The translations under genes and the position numbers were made by a program. Below, in pieces: positions 10,239 to 19,312 of a DNA stretch of 64,000 nt (position 1 is the first letter of the stretch; the number at the start of each line of letters is the position of its first letter). Under the pieces are notes generated by a model. The model did no database searches and was not told the DNA's origin. It saw only the letters and a program-made list of their open reading frames with translations. Origin of the DNA: a virus; IMG/VR virus record IMGVR_UViG_3300041955_000531. The stretch is one strand, 5' to 3'.

Positions 10239-10477
10239 TTTCGTCCTGGGCCTGGCGCAAAACCAGCAAACTTGCCATCCTTGATCACCAGCTCATCCAT
10301 ATCACCTTCACTGTCGATATAGTAGAGTTTGCGCCCAGCTAAAAGAGGCATCAACTCTTCCACTACACGCTCAGCATCGTTCGTCACTGTCAGATGGATA
10401 GTCCATGGACCTAAGTCCATGATAGTCACATCCCAGTTTGTCTGATCGATTACCTGATACCTAGCTGGTAGTCCCAT
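10235..10477 (-). CDS. hypothetical protein (TVTNDAERVV...YYIDSEG)
   Basis: TAATG coupling with dCMP deaminase stop; ATGA overlap with thyX. Confidence 0.7.
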   Translation of the reverse strand: MGLPARYQVIDQTNWDVTIMDLGPWTIHLTVTNDAERVVEELMPLLAGRKLYYIDSEGDMDELVIKDGKFAGFAPGPGRK

Positions 10478-10929
10478 TAGCTCACTGTCTCCCGCGGGAC
10501 TTCCTCCCACTCGGCTCCGCACTCCGTAATATACTTCTTCGTCTTCACGAAGGCTTCCGCCCAGCGAGTAAGAGCATCTGCTGTAGGCTCTGGGAATATG
10601 AACCTGACTATACCAGCCTGTAGCATCTGCACGACGCAGCGGTCGCACGGCGCAAAGGGAAAGGTATAGAGAGTATAACCCTTCAGATTTTCATAAGAGT
10701 GGATCATCGCGTTGATTTCACAATGAACCACGCGGGAATACTTCTCTTCCCGGTTGGCATACCACTCTGGGTTGTCTGGCATGTTCTTTGGAAAGCCATT
10801 GAATCCCACTGACACAACTGTGCGGTCAGGACGGATGATTACTCCGCCTGCTTTGGTGCTTGGGTCTTTCGACCAGCTCGCAACCAGGCTGGCTAGCTCC
10901 AGGTACCTACGATCCCACTTTGTTATCAT
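10477..10929 (-). CDS. dCMP deaminase
   Basis: SKDPSTK, GFNG, HCEINA, PCDRC. Confidence 0.92.
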   Translation of the reverse strand: MITKWDRRYLELASLVASWSKDPSTKAGGVIIRPDRTVVSVGFNGFPKNMPDNPEWYANREEKYSRVVHCEINAMIHSYENLKGYTLYTFPFAPCDRCVVQMLQAGIVRFIFPEPTADALTRWAEAFVKTKKYITECGAEWEEVPRETVS

Positions 10930-11206
10930 CTGCTAGCTCCGCTAATACGTCTCCATGACACGACAAGGGCTTGCAAAAGCAGCCCAATCTCTTGCCCTTC
11001 AGTTCTTTCAGGGCAGCCATCAGCTCAGGCTTCGACTTGACATACTCGCGATACCTGGCTATGGCTTCTTCTCGGGTTGCCACCATCACCACATCTTTGA
11101 ACGCCGACTTCTTGTGGGTATAGGGATTCCCCCACTTCGATCCGCGGCCGATGTAAACATCATAAGGCTGCGTATGAAGGTTAACTGCTACTGTTTTGGT
11201 TTGCAT
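10907..11206 (-). CDS. DUF4326-family protein
   Basis: DVYIGRGSKWGNP; LKGKRLGCFCKPLSCHGDVL. Confidence 0.85.
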   Translation of the reverse strand: MQTKTVAVNLHTQPYDVYIGRGSKWGNPYTHKKSAFKDVVMVATREEAIARYREYVKSKPELMAALKELKGKRLGCFCKPLSCHGDVLAELADDNKVGS

Positions 11207-11427
11207 TCGAATCTCTTGAGGATCTGTTGTGCTTTTGCTCGCGCGCAGTTGGACCAAAGTCCTATGCTATCCTCGTTATCCTCGGCAGTCTTCTGCACAT
11301 GGGGCTCCATTAGAATAGCAGTGAGTTGATCTTCAATCTTATCACTCTTCTGGAGCTCTTGCAAAAGCTTATCTTCGGCTTCGAAGATGTCTGTCTTGAA
11401 AGGAATAGGTTCCTTTTCCTTCTTCAT
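11188..11427 (-). CDS. hypothetical protein
   Basis: ORF track; ATGA coupling. Confidence 0.6.
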   Translation of the reverse strand: MKKEKEPIPFKTDIFEAEDKLLQELQKSDKIEDQLTAILMEPHVQKTAEDNEDSIGLWSNCARAKAQQILKRFECKPKQ

Positions 11428-11963
11428 ATCTCTCGCTCCTCAATCAGGTCTGGCAGTGGTGCTTCCTCTGGCTTTTTAGGGCTCACGACTGGCCCAGGCA
11501 GAGTAATAATAGGCTGGATTGAGAGAGGGAATCCACAATCCACCCAAGCTAAACCACCATCATGGGTGATAGAGCCATATTGGTTATGCCACATAGGCTC
11601 ATACTGCCCAGATACTCCATACTGGCTACAGTGCTGTAGCCTGTTGAAGAAATCCATGATCATGTCCCCTATCTTATAGATAGTGTAAGGCATCCATCTC
11701 TTCGGTTCGGTCGGCTGCTCAAACACAGGAGCGTTCTGGAACTTGAACGTGTACTTTGGATCCTGAGCTTTCTGAAGCACGCCGTTTGGATCAACTACAT
11801 ACGTGCCTGGATCATCTCCTGCGCTCGTCGAGTTAGGCAGATCCTGGTACTGACCGTATGAAAGATCTACCTTATACTGAACTGGCTCATTATAGGTTTT
11901 GAAATCTGATGCATGTCCGTCACTGAGGGCCTCTGACAGATTACCTTCGAACTCCCCGTTCAT
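11424..11963 (-). CDS. hypothetical protein
   Basis: ORF track; ATGA coupling. Confidence 0.65.
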   Translation of the reverse strand: MNGEFEGNLSEALSDGHASDFKTYNEPVQYKVDLSYGQYQDLPNSTSAGDDPGTYVVDPNGVLQKAQDPKYTFKFQNAPVFEQPTEPKRWMPYTIYKIGDMIMDFFNRLQHCSQYGVSGQYEPMWHNQYGSITHDGGLAWVDCGFPLSIQPIITLPGPVVSPKKPEEAPLPDLIEEREI

Positions 11964-12334
11964 ACTTCCCTCTCTTCAAACAGAGGTGGCATGTACTTAG
12001 GAGTAGCTTCCTTGGCCTTCACAGGCATGCTGATAGGTTCTCCTGCTAGAGTATAAGCTCCGTCGTCTCTAAGCGCCGACTCTAAGGTAGATGCATGCGG
12101 CTTGTCGACCTCGACATACTCACAACTGTACAACCAGTCGGCCGTCACTGGAAACCAATCCTGACTACCGATACGCCGAACCCAATAGCGATCGGGATCG
12201 TCAGAGGCCTTTTTGATCCAGATTGAGGCCGCGGGTGAGCGCAGCAAAATCGGCTGCGTCGACCACAATAACGCCTCTTCCAGTCTTGTTTTGTAGGCAA
12301 AGAGCCCCGCAACACCTGCCATTTCGTCTAGCAT
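11960..12334 (-). CDS. hypothetical protein (start uncertain)
   Basis: fills gap between neighbours; 5' part overlaps next ORF. Confidence 0.5.
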   Translation of the reverse strand: MLDEMAGVAGLFAYKTRLEEALLWSTQPILLRSPAASIWIKKASDDPDRYWVRRIGSQDWFPVTADWLYSCEYVEVDKPHASTLESALRDDGAYTLAGEPISMPVKAKEATPKYMPPLFEEREV

Positions 12335-12830
12335 CTTGTCTTACCTTGTCCAACTCCCTGAGATGAATCACGGGTTCCGTGGCCGTTGATTGCAGTTTCG
12401 TATCCACCACGACAGAATCAAACAACAGATGATCACCGTCACGATTTACTCTCCCAGAGTTCCTGGTAGCCTTGATGATTCTGGCATTGGTGTTTCGTTC
12501 AGCTTTGGCAGCCGCGCGAACACGGGCCTGCTTGGCGGGATCTTTGGCCTTACGTGCTTCGGCACGAGCAATGGTTTCCTCACGCTTCGCATGCCTCTTT
12601 TCTTCTTCCAGTTTTCGGTGCTTAAACCTTGGATCGACAGGCTTCCAGTGATGCGTACGAATAAAGTACGGCGCCCTAGGTGAAAACCTGCAATCGTTAC
12701 ACTTAGATTTGTGATCGAAAGAATGAGAGGGGGAGTTAACACACTTCTCCCCCTCGATGCATGCCACAGGTTCGGTTGTTATAGCAAAGACCGAGAGTGG
12801 GTTATCCTTCTGTGATTCCGGCTGCGCCAT
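12201..12830 (-). CDS. PD-(D/E)XK nuclease, Holliday-junction-resolvase-like, with N-terminal Cys cluster
   Basis: NSG...DGD...VVDTK pattern; adjacent to recA. Confidence 0.55.
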   Translation of the reverse strand: MAQPESQKDNPLSVFAITTEPVACIEGEKCVNSPSHSFDHKSKCNDCRFSPRAPYFIRTHHWKPVDPRFKHRKLEEEKRHAKREETIARAEARKAKDPAKQARVRAAAKAERNTNARIIKATRNSGRVNRDGDHLLFDSVVVDTKLQSTATEPVIHLRELDKVRQDARRNGRCCGALCLQNKTGRGVIVVDAADFAALTRGLNLDQKGL

Positions 12831-13866
12831 GACTAGCCAGCTCCTCACCAATAGCCTTCTTGATTCCACTGAAGAGTTCTTCGTTCTTCTTCATGGCTTT
12901 GTAGAAGTTCAGGTCGCCCTGAATCTTGGCATCGCCAAACTGATACCAGCCACCCTTCTTAGCAATGACACCGAGTTTCAAACCCAGTTCAAAGTAATCA
13001 TAGTGGACTGAGAACCCTTCACCTAGGACGTAAGTCAGGATTGCCTGCTTGTAGGGCGGCGAGACTTTGTTCTTCGTGGTGTAGACCTTCGTCTTCAACG
13101 CGTAGACATTCTCTTCACCGTCCTCTTCCTTCTTCAGCTTCTCGATGATCGAGATATCCAAACGGATAGTGCCGAAGAAAGGTAGAGCACGGCCACCCAT
13201 AGTCTGATATCGAATCTGTCCTGTGGGGTTGTAGCCGCCTACCACCTGTCGAGTCTGGTTGATCCAGATGACAGTAGCGCGCTTAGCAACGTTCTTACGC
13301 AGGAAGTTGGACATCAATAGAGCTACAGCTCCAATCTTAGCATTCTCATCGGTGTCCTTCTCAAGGTTAGCCTTGATATCCATTGCGGCTATAGAGTCCA
13401 CCACAACGAGGTCGAACACTTTTGAGGCGTCCCGTACCAAATCCAGGACTTGCTCTGCAGTAAACGCATCAGGCGGTCGGGAAACACGAACTGGTATAAC
13501 TCCCGGGTTGCCCGGCGTCGTAACAATCCCCAGTTGCGCGAGGAACTCGATTGTGATTGTCCGCTCAACGTCAATGATGAGTGTTCTTTTGCCCAGGCTC
13601 TGCCAATGCTGGAGAATCTGAAGACCAAGAGATGTCTTGCCCACTTCAGGTTCCTTAGAAAATACCTCGATGTCACGTCCATGTGGTAATCCGTTGAGTT
13701 GTGCATGAAGGATCTTATCCAGCTGCGGAAATCCAGTGGGAGTACACTCGACTGACATGTCTGTGATATTCTCGGCGAGTTCCAGCATGTCGCCGAAGTT
13801 GTACTGTGCGAGTTCCGTTTCCAGCTCCTCGTTTAGATCGACTTGCTCTTCTTTCTTGGCCATCAT
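12802..13866 (-). CDS. recA: RecA/UvsX-like recombinase
   Basis: PTG..LD; GKTS; VVVDSIAA; INQTR; GGRALPF; KNKVSPP; KKGGWY. Confidence 0.92.
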   Translation of the reverse strand: MMAKKEEQVDLNEELETELAQYNFGDMLELAENITDMSVECTPTGFPQLDKILHAQLNGLPHGRDIEVFSKEPEVGKTSLGLQILQHWQSLGKRTLIIDVERTITIEFLAQLGIVTTPGNPGVIPVRVSRPPDAFTAEQVLDLVRDASKVFDLVVVDSIAAMDIKANLEKDTDENAKIGAVALLMSNFLRKNVAKRATVIWINQTRQVVGGYNPTGQIRYQTMGGRALPFFGTIRLDISIIEKLKKEEDGEENVYALKTKVYTTKNKVSPPYKQAILTYVLGEGFSVHYDYFELGLKLGVIAKKGGWYQFGDAKIQGDLNFYKAMKKNEELFSGIKKAIGEELASHGAAGITEG

Positions 13867-14219
13867 AACCCCTTTAGTTGTAGCGCACTACGGACATCGG
13901 CGGATGAAATGTAAATCCGCTTGGCCAGCCAGGAACCAACACTGGTCCTGGGCTTAGGCTCGACATCTTGTGCTCTAATAGGAAGTATAACATACTTCCC
14001 CTTTGTTAGTGCATCAAACTTTTGGATCCTATCCTCATCCTTGAGGAAGTGGAAGGCCGATCGATACATCTTTTGTCTGCTGCCGTCCGTTACCCAAGGG
14101 CGGGTGGTCTCAATCCAAGTATCTAAAGGCACAACACTTGTGCCATTATGAGAGTGGAACAGGAACCGCAAGTTGCCCTTCTTGTCCACTCGGAATGCTT
14201 TCATCCCTTGTATTGGCAC
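13863..14219 (-). CDS. hypothetical protein
   Basis: ORF track; GGAGGAA SD. Confidence 0.65.
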   Translation of the reverse strand: MPIQGMKAFRVDKKGNLRFLFHSHNGTSVVPLDTWIETTRPWVTDGSRQKMYRSAFHFLKDEDRIQKFDALTKGKYVILPIRAQDVEPKPRTSVGSWLAKRIYISSADVRSALQLKGL

Positions 14220-14673
14220 TCACTTCCTCCTTATCGAACTCGAGCTTGAGTTTGTTATAAACTTCACGACGTTGATCTTTGTCGCGCGCCTCCGTCAGAA
14301 GACCAAGTCTCTTAGCTTCTTCCTGCTGCTTCCGCGCGTCTTCGTCGAAGAAATCGTTCACAGCTTTCGTGCCTGCGAGCGCCGCATGTAAAGGAATAGT
14401 ATAAGAGTTTTGCTCCATTTCTCCGATGCGGTTTTCGAACCATTCTATCGTGATGACAACGTTGTAGTTAATGTTGTCCTTCGAATGGAGCTCTGTATCT
14501 CCCCACCGCACGATCGCCGGCTGACGCTGAAAGAACCGTTGCTTAATAGCATCGGTCGTAGGCGCCAGGACCACCTCGAGCTGCTTCATAGCAGCCAGAT
14601 GCTTCTTCCAAATCTTGAGGAAGTCCTCAGACTTGAGGGTAACATCCCCAACTTCAGGCTTCACTACTTTCAT
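14146..14673 (-). CDS. hypothetical protein
   Basis: ORF track; ATGA coupling. Confidence 0.65.
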   Translation of the reverse strand: MKVVKPEVGDVTLKSEDFLKIWKKHLAAMKQLEVVLAPTTDAIKQRFFQRQPAIVRWGDTELHSKDNINYNVVITIEWFENRIGEMEQNSYTIPLHAALAGTKAVNDFFDEDARKQQEEAKRLGLLTEARDKDQRREVYNKLKLEFDKEEVSANTRDESIPSGQEGQLAVPVPLS

Positions 14674-15125
14674 ACCGTCTTCTTCCTCGGCGCATCGACT
14701 TCGATGCCTAGCATCTTCTTGGCAAGGTTGACTCGCGAGTCAACGCAATCAATCAAACCTTCTAGGTATGATTGGATTGCCGCAAATCCTCCAGACAGCT
14801 TACGACGAAAAGCGTCACGTTCAATCTCGGGGATTCTTTTGGCTTCGCCTGCACTATCCGTAGTCTTTGATGACAGAAAAGTGCTGTCTTTCGCATGGTC
14901 GGTGAATGCGGACGCGAAAGAGTGGAATCTAACCAGTCTTGCTCGCCAGGATTCAACATAGGCCATATGCTGTTCAAGGCTTGCCACGTCAGAGGACAGA
15001 ACATTCTTCTCGAGTGCAGCCACCAACGGGCTGATCTTTTCATTGATCTCTCCTTCGAACTGATCGCGGGCAGCATTGAGCTCCTCGACTGTATTGATCT
15101 TGAATATCTCTTTAATGCTTTGCAT
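14670..15125 (-). CDS. helical hypothetical protein (possibly UvsY-like mediator)
   Basis: GGAGG SD before MQSIKE; all-helical; near recA; UvsY idea is speculative. Confidence 0.6.
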   Translation of the reverse strand: MQSIKEIFKINTVEELNAARDQFEGEINEKISPLVAALEKNVLSSDVASLEQHMAYVESWRARLVRFHSFASAFTDHAKDSTFLSSKTTDSAGEAKRIPEIERDAFRRKLSGGFAAIQSYLEGLIDCVDSRVNLAKKMLGIEVDAPRKKTV

Positions 15126-15126
15126 A

Positions 15127-15558
15127 CTAACCTCCACGATGTCCTTTGTATGAGTCCGAAGAAGAGTTCTCAAGAACCTCTCCGTCCTTCACTACTAGTT
15201 TACCACGAAAACCCATTCCACCCTCCCAATATTTCAGAGTGAAAGTGTTGTTCTGGAACAGGTCAGATAACCGTCCAACGATAGGTGCTGGCGGCGCCCA
15301 AGCCGTGTCGAAACATAGCTTTACAGCGCCCCTGGACATAGGAACCGTTCGAACTTCTTCACCTACGTTCCACTTGGTACCCCAATGAATAACCCGCCGG
15401 TCGAACCAATAGTTTGGCTTCTTGAAAGGCCACCACTTTTTCACTTGGCGGACGACCTTGTTGAAATCCAAGGCGCCCTGGCTGCCTTTAAGGAACTCAA
15501 CTACTTTGTCAGCTCCCTTACCGCGGATAGTTAGTTCGTTCTCACACCAGTTAGGCAC
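15127..15558 (-). CDS. DUF1281/YubB-like ferredoxin-fold protein
   Basis: PNWCENEL; HWGTKWN; FDTAWAPP; YWEGGMGF. Confidence 0.8.
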   Translation of the reverse strand: MPNWCENELTIRGKGADKVVEFLKGSQGALDFNKVVRQVKKWWPFKKPNYWFDRRVIHWGTKWNVGEEVRTVPMSRGAVKLCFDTAWAPPAPIVGRLSDLFQNNTFTLKYWEGGMGFRGKLVVKDGEVLENSSSDSYKGHRGG

Positions 15559-15949
15559 CGTGAGCATCTCCTGACATAAAGCTGACGCTATTGATATGCT
15601 CCCAACGTTCCCCGAGATTGCCGATATCGTACGGCAGGCATCCTTGACCAACCTTGAGCTTGACATACTTGGATACTCGCTCCCACAGGTCTTTGTTCTT
15701 GCGAATAAGCTGTACGCCTTTGTAGTGAGGGCTGAGCTCTATGATGTAGCCGCCGGCTATAGCGGCAAATATGTGAGCCAGGTCCCAAGTAATAGGAAGC
15801 TCTCGATTCTTGTTAATAGGCTGATTGCTATGCCCATAAGAACCCTGGTTGTAACTCTTACCACTGGCCTGACATCCTGTCCAGTTGTAGATCTCCCATA
15901 TTAGATGGAGCCTTTCCGCTTCCTGGGTCGGTCGGAACGGGTAGGGCAT
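15551..15949 (-). CDS. hypothetical protein
   Basis: ORF track; GGAGG SD. Confidence 0.65.
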   Translation of the reverse strand: MPYPFRPTQEAERLHLIWEIYNWTGCQASGKSYNQGSYGHSNQPINKNRELPITWDLAHIFAAIAGGYIIELSPHYKGVQLIRKNKDLWERVSKYVKLKVGQGCLPYDIGNLGERWEHINSVSFMSGDAHGA

Positions 15950-16146
15950 ATGTTACCTCCCTTCTTATCAAGGACCTTGCGGGCAGCATCTCGTACGAGC
16001 TCTGCGATCTTCCAGGTCTTGTCATTCAAACAACTGTATCCCTTTGAAGTAAAGTAAGAATGCTTCAAACGGATTAGGTATGCCCCAGGCAAGTCAGCAA
16101 TAGGTGCTACACGATCGACTTTGATACGAGGAATCTTAATCATCAT
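15901..16146 (-). CDS. hypothetical protein
   Basis: ORF track. Confidence 0.55.
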   Translation of the reverse strand: MMIKIPRIKVDRVAPIADLPGAYLIRLKHSYFTSKGYSCLNDKTWKIAELVRDAARKVLDKKGGNICPTRSDRPRKRKGSI

Positions 16147-16359
16147 CTACTCCCTGTTAGGACACCACGAATAACACATACAATCACCACCACACTGGAG
16201 ACAGCGTTCACTGTGATCTCGAAAGCCTCCGCCTAGATGAATCCTCAGGCGGACGCCATTGCGCAGCTTCTTCTGACATCCTTTGCAGATGATCCACTCA
16301 ACTTTCTTATTGCCAATCCACTGGCTGGCTTGCTTATAAAAGACGCAGAGCCGCTTCAT
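16147..16359 (-). CDS. small Cys-rich hypothetical protein
   Basis: CKGC and CLQC pairs. Confidence 0.55.
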   Translation of the reverse strand: MKRLCVFYKQASQWIGNKKVEWIICKGCQKKLRNGVRLRIHLGGGFRDHSERCLQCGGDCMCYSWCPNRE

Positions 16360-16360
16360 G

Positions 16361-16627
16361 TTAGTCCCTAAATAGCTTCTTGAACTTAGGGAACTGATCT
16401 ACAAACTCAGCAGCGTCAGTATCATCCAACCAGCTGGCGCTATGCAATAGCTCCCAGCCGTTGATGCCACTCAAAGAGTGGGCGAACCTGACAAACACGC
16501 CGGCGTCAGACCATCCCATATTGGGATGATGCCACTCAACGATCACTATCTTAGTGGTGTGGGTGCCACATCGCCGCGCGCGAGTGTAGTAGTCATCGCC
16601 TTCATTGACTGTAACCCAGTCGCTCAC
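16361..16627 (-). CDS. hypothetical protein
   Basis: ORF track; AAGGAG SD; GTGA overlap. Confidence 0.6.
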   Translation of the reverse strand: MSDWVTVNEGDDYYTRARRCGTHTTKIVIVEWHHPNMGWSDAGVFVRFAHSLSGINGWELLHSASWLDDTDAAEFVDQFPKFKKLFRD

Positions 16628-17007
16628 AGAATGATATCTCCTTTCTCTAACGGCTGAAAGTTACCAATGCGAGTCTTGATAACCGTCGGCCAGTTATTAC
16701 ACTCCATATTACTCGCCAAGATGGAGAAGTCCTTCCCCATCTTCTTGACTTGTTCTATGGTATAAGGAGTAGCTCCAGGATAGTACTTCCCCGACTTGTT
16801 CTTCTCTTTCCCGAAGACAGTCTCCTGCTCTCCATCGATCGTAACTTCTTTCGATGTCATATCATAGAACCGAAAGCAGAATGCTCCCTTCGGCATGATC
16901 TTCAGAACCTTCTTGACATCCCTGGTTATGATCTCCTTGTCTTCAGTCTCCGCAAACAGCGCTCCTGGATAACTGAACTCGACATAGGTCTTGGTTATTT
17001 CTTTCAT
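16624..17007 (-). CDS. hypothetical protein
   Basis: ORF track; AGGAG SD. Confidence 0.7.
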   Translation of the reverse strand: MKEITKTYVEFSYPGALFAETEDKEIITRDVKKVLKIMPKGAFCFRFYDMTSKEVTIDGEQETVFGKEKNKSGKYYPGATPYTIEQVKKMGKDFSILASNMECNNWPTVIKTRIGNFQPLEKGDIIL

Positions 17008-17028
17008 GAGTCTCTCCTAAAAGACTAA

Positions 17029-17620
17029 CCCCAGTTATCAGGTCTGATAACTGGGGCTATGAACTACCACTATAGACTAAGGGTAACATCGGCGAAGCGA
17101 CGCAGCCCGTGGTGAGCATTCGATTTTTCCAGACATTTGCTCCAAATGTCTGGAAAGCGCTCCCCACAATCGAAGCGGAACAGGGCGAGAATGGAACTAC
17201 TAGATAACAGCGTAGCCGATTCCCAGCCAGACTACCCCTGTAGGCATACTGAGGAATGGCGTAACGGGCGGTAGCGTTGGGTCAATCGATTGAAAAGCGA
17301 TTGACCCAGAGCGGACGCCGTGGAGCGAGTCCGAAGTACTAGGTCATTCTTCTGTAGGGCGCCTGCCAAGATCTCATCCTGAGCCACCAATGCCAAGATA
17401 AGATATTAGTCATGCATCCCCAGAATCTTTCCCTGATTGCATACGGTTTATCTGTTAGCTCGCGAATGACTTCTTTCATAAGGCCTCGAGTCGCTGCCAA
17501 GAAAGGAGGATCCGAGTAGGACCGGGCGGGCAGAAGCAGTGAAGCCGCCCATCGGCGAGCTGCGGTGCCCGCGAAGGGAGTATGAGGATACGAGTTTCGC
17601 AGGCTGCAGGGAGAGGACTC
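17029..17620. other. hairpin-rich, mostly non-coding island (structured RNA or replication origin candidate)
   Basis: perfect inverted repeats at 17029-17056 (12 bp), 17126-17156 (14 bp), 17278-17308 (11 bp) and 17524-17550 (6 bp); no ORF of 60 aa or more. Confidence 0.55.
17339..17479 (-). CDS. 46-aa Trp/Arg-rich small ORF (MKEVIRELTDKPY...RRMT)
   Basis: translated by hand; GAGG just upstream of ATG. Confidence 0.4.
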   Translation of the reverse strand: MKEVIRELTDKPYAIRERFWGCMTNILSWHWWLRMRSWQAPYRRMT

Positions 17621-17908
17621 TTACTTATCGTAGTGACGCTTGGCAATCCCATTGCGATCCAGAGTCTGGATGGCTGATATAGCCAGGCCTGCCACCTTCA
17701 ACATATCCGTACGGAATCGGATAGGATTGAAGAGACGAGTCGTGCGATCCATTTCCACTGCCCGGCCGGCGTAGATCATGAGATAAGATGCCCAGTCATT
17801 GGCTGTGTTCTTATCATCGAACTCAGTACCCCAAAGGTTCTCGGCATACTCTTTCTCTGCCTTGATCTCAGCCACGATACTTTCGAACTGCTTTTCATCA
17901 AATGGCAT
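17621..17908 (-). CDS. hypothetical helical protein (MazG-like dimeric fold possible)
   Basis: ORF track; TAATG coupling; E..Y...WG...D...KVAGLA pattern. Confidence 0.65.
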   Translation of the reverse strand: MPFDEKQFESIVAEIKAEKEYAENLWGTEFDDKNTANDWASYLMIYAGRAVEMDRTTRLFNPIRFRTDMLKVAGLAISAIQTLDRNGIAKRHYDK

Positions 17909-19161
17909 TATACTTTCCTCTCAGCCTCTTCCGTTTCTTCTTCTTCCTGGGCTGCCAACATGTCGTTGACCATGGGCGCCAGGTCTGGGTACTCCAGAGC
18001 AATACAAGGGAACTTATAAGGGCAGTATCGGCACTGCCAGTCCCCAATAATAGGTCCGACCTTAGAGTCCTTCCACTTACGGCTCTTGCCGTTCTTCCAG
18101 GACTTCCATTCGGCGAACTTAACCTTGCCAATGAAGCCCTTTTCAGCGAAGCTTTCGATAGCTATGTCGGTATAACGGTAGCGGTAGTCTGCTGGGGGTA
18201 GGTATGACGTCGGTAGGCGTCTCATCTCCTCCCCAACCCTCTCCCAGAATGCCTTTTCCTGCTGTTTCCAGGCGATTACAGCCTCTTCCGGCGCTTCCGC
18301 GGGCAAGGAGGCTGGACGGACTGTCCCCTGCTCCTGGAGCCTCCGGATCGCTTCAGCCTGTGATCGGTTAAAGTAACCCTGGATCTGTTCGAAGCGTTCA
18401 TAAATCGACTCCACCGTGAAAATGCGCCAAACATCTCCGTTGACTTGAGGATAGTGGAGGCCATCATAATCCTCGTAGATTTCGATATCGAACTCCGCTG
18501 TGAGGCAGGTGTCTCGTGTCTCGTAGCAAATCTTTCCATACACGGGCGAATCATCTTTGATCATCCCTAGGTTGACGTCGGTGACACGGACTCGGTTGCG
18601 CGGATTAGTTGGTTTATCCGCTTGCGCAGTTGCAATGATTTGCTTGAGCAGGGCACCATTACGTATCTCGTTGATATAGATGAGTGTCTGGAGAACATGC
18701 TCGAGCTTTGGCTTCCCCTTCTGATAAGGGCCACCAATGATTTCCTTCTGGGCCATATAGCCGTAGATTGATTTGTTTTCACATATCACCGGTTGTCCTG
18801 ACTGAGGGTCTATGACAATAAGGTCCAACTCAAAGGCCAGATCAATGTTCGGGACGTAGTGCCTGACCCCACTGGCAATATGCAGACCGGCCTCCATAGC
18901 CTGAAGCGTGGTATCTTCCTCAACGGCTTTACCAGTTCGAACTCGACGCGCACCGACGGGGTCCATCTGACTTGTAGTCTTCTCCCCTGTGAGCCTGTAA
19001 TATACCTTTCGTCCACAGCCCCCGGCAAAACCCGCAACTGTGGGTTCGAGGAGGACAGCCGAACTCTCTGAAGGCCAGAGTCTGGCAGACTTGCTTGTCC
19101 AGTCATCACGCTTCTCCATTCCAACTAGTGCTTTGTCGAGGTGCTCAAACAACTTAAACAT
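17908..19161 (-). CDS. Cas4-like PD-(D/E)XK exonuclease with 4-Cys Fe-S staple
   Basis: WPSE..GCGRKVYY; ELD; ENKS; QTLIY; CRYCPYKFPC. Confidence 0.8.
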   Translation of the reverse strand: MFKLFEHLDKALVGMEKRDDWTSKSARLWPSESSAVLLEPTVAGFAGGCGRKVYYRLTGEKTTSQMDPVGARRVRTGKAVEEDTTLQAMEAGLHIASGVRHYVPNIDLAFELDLIVIDPQSGQPVICENKSIYGYMAQKEIIGGPYQKGKPKLEHVLQTLIYINEIRNGALLKQIIATAQADKPTNPRNRVRVTDVNLGMIKDDSPVYGKICYETRDTCLTAEFDIEIYEDYDGLHYPQVNGDVWRIFTVESIYERFEQIQGYFNRSQAEAIRRLQEQGTVRPASLPAEAPEEAVIAWKQQEKAFWERVGEEMRRLPTSYLPPADYRYRYTDIAIESFAEKGFIGKVKFAEWKSWKNGKSRKWKDSKVGPIIGDWQCRYCPYKFPCIALEYPDLAPMVNDMLAAQEEEETEEAERKV

Positions 19162-19297
19162 CGGTAGGCCTCCACTTCTTGTCGTGCTTTAGCCTCTGCA
19201 TCTTCTGGATAGCCTCGATGCGAGTAAGCTTTTCTTGCTTCATTAGTTCGGCGATTTTTGCTTCTTCTTGCTCTGACCAACCTTTGGTTGTGTCCAT
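19154..19297 (-). CDS. small hypothetical protein (MDTTKGWSEQEE...)
   Basis: GAGGT SD; 3' part of track ORF 19154..19414. Confidence 0.6.
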   Translation of the reverse strand: MDTTKGWSEQEEAKIAELMKQEKLTRIEAIQKMQRLKHDKKWRPTDV

Positions 19298-19312
19298 ATT
19301 ACCTCTTGAAAG

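Noticed and set aside
17029-17620. tmRNA, RNase P RNA, SRP RNA or CRISPR array near the Cas4-like gene
   Set aside because: No T-arm/CCA end, no GAGGAAAGTCC, no SRP loop, and no regularly spaced direct repeats.
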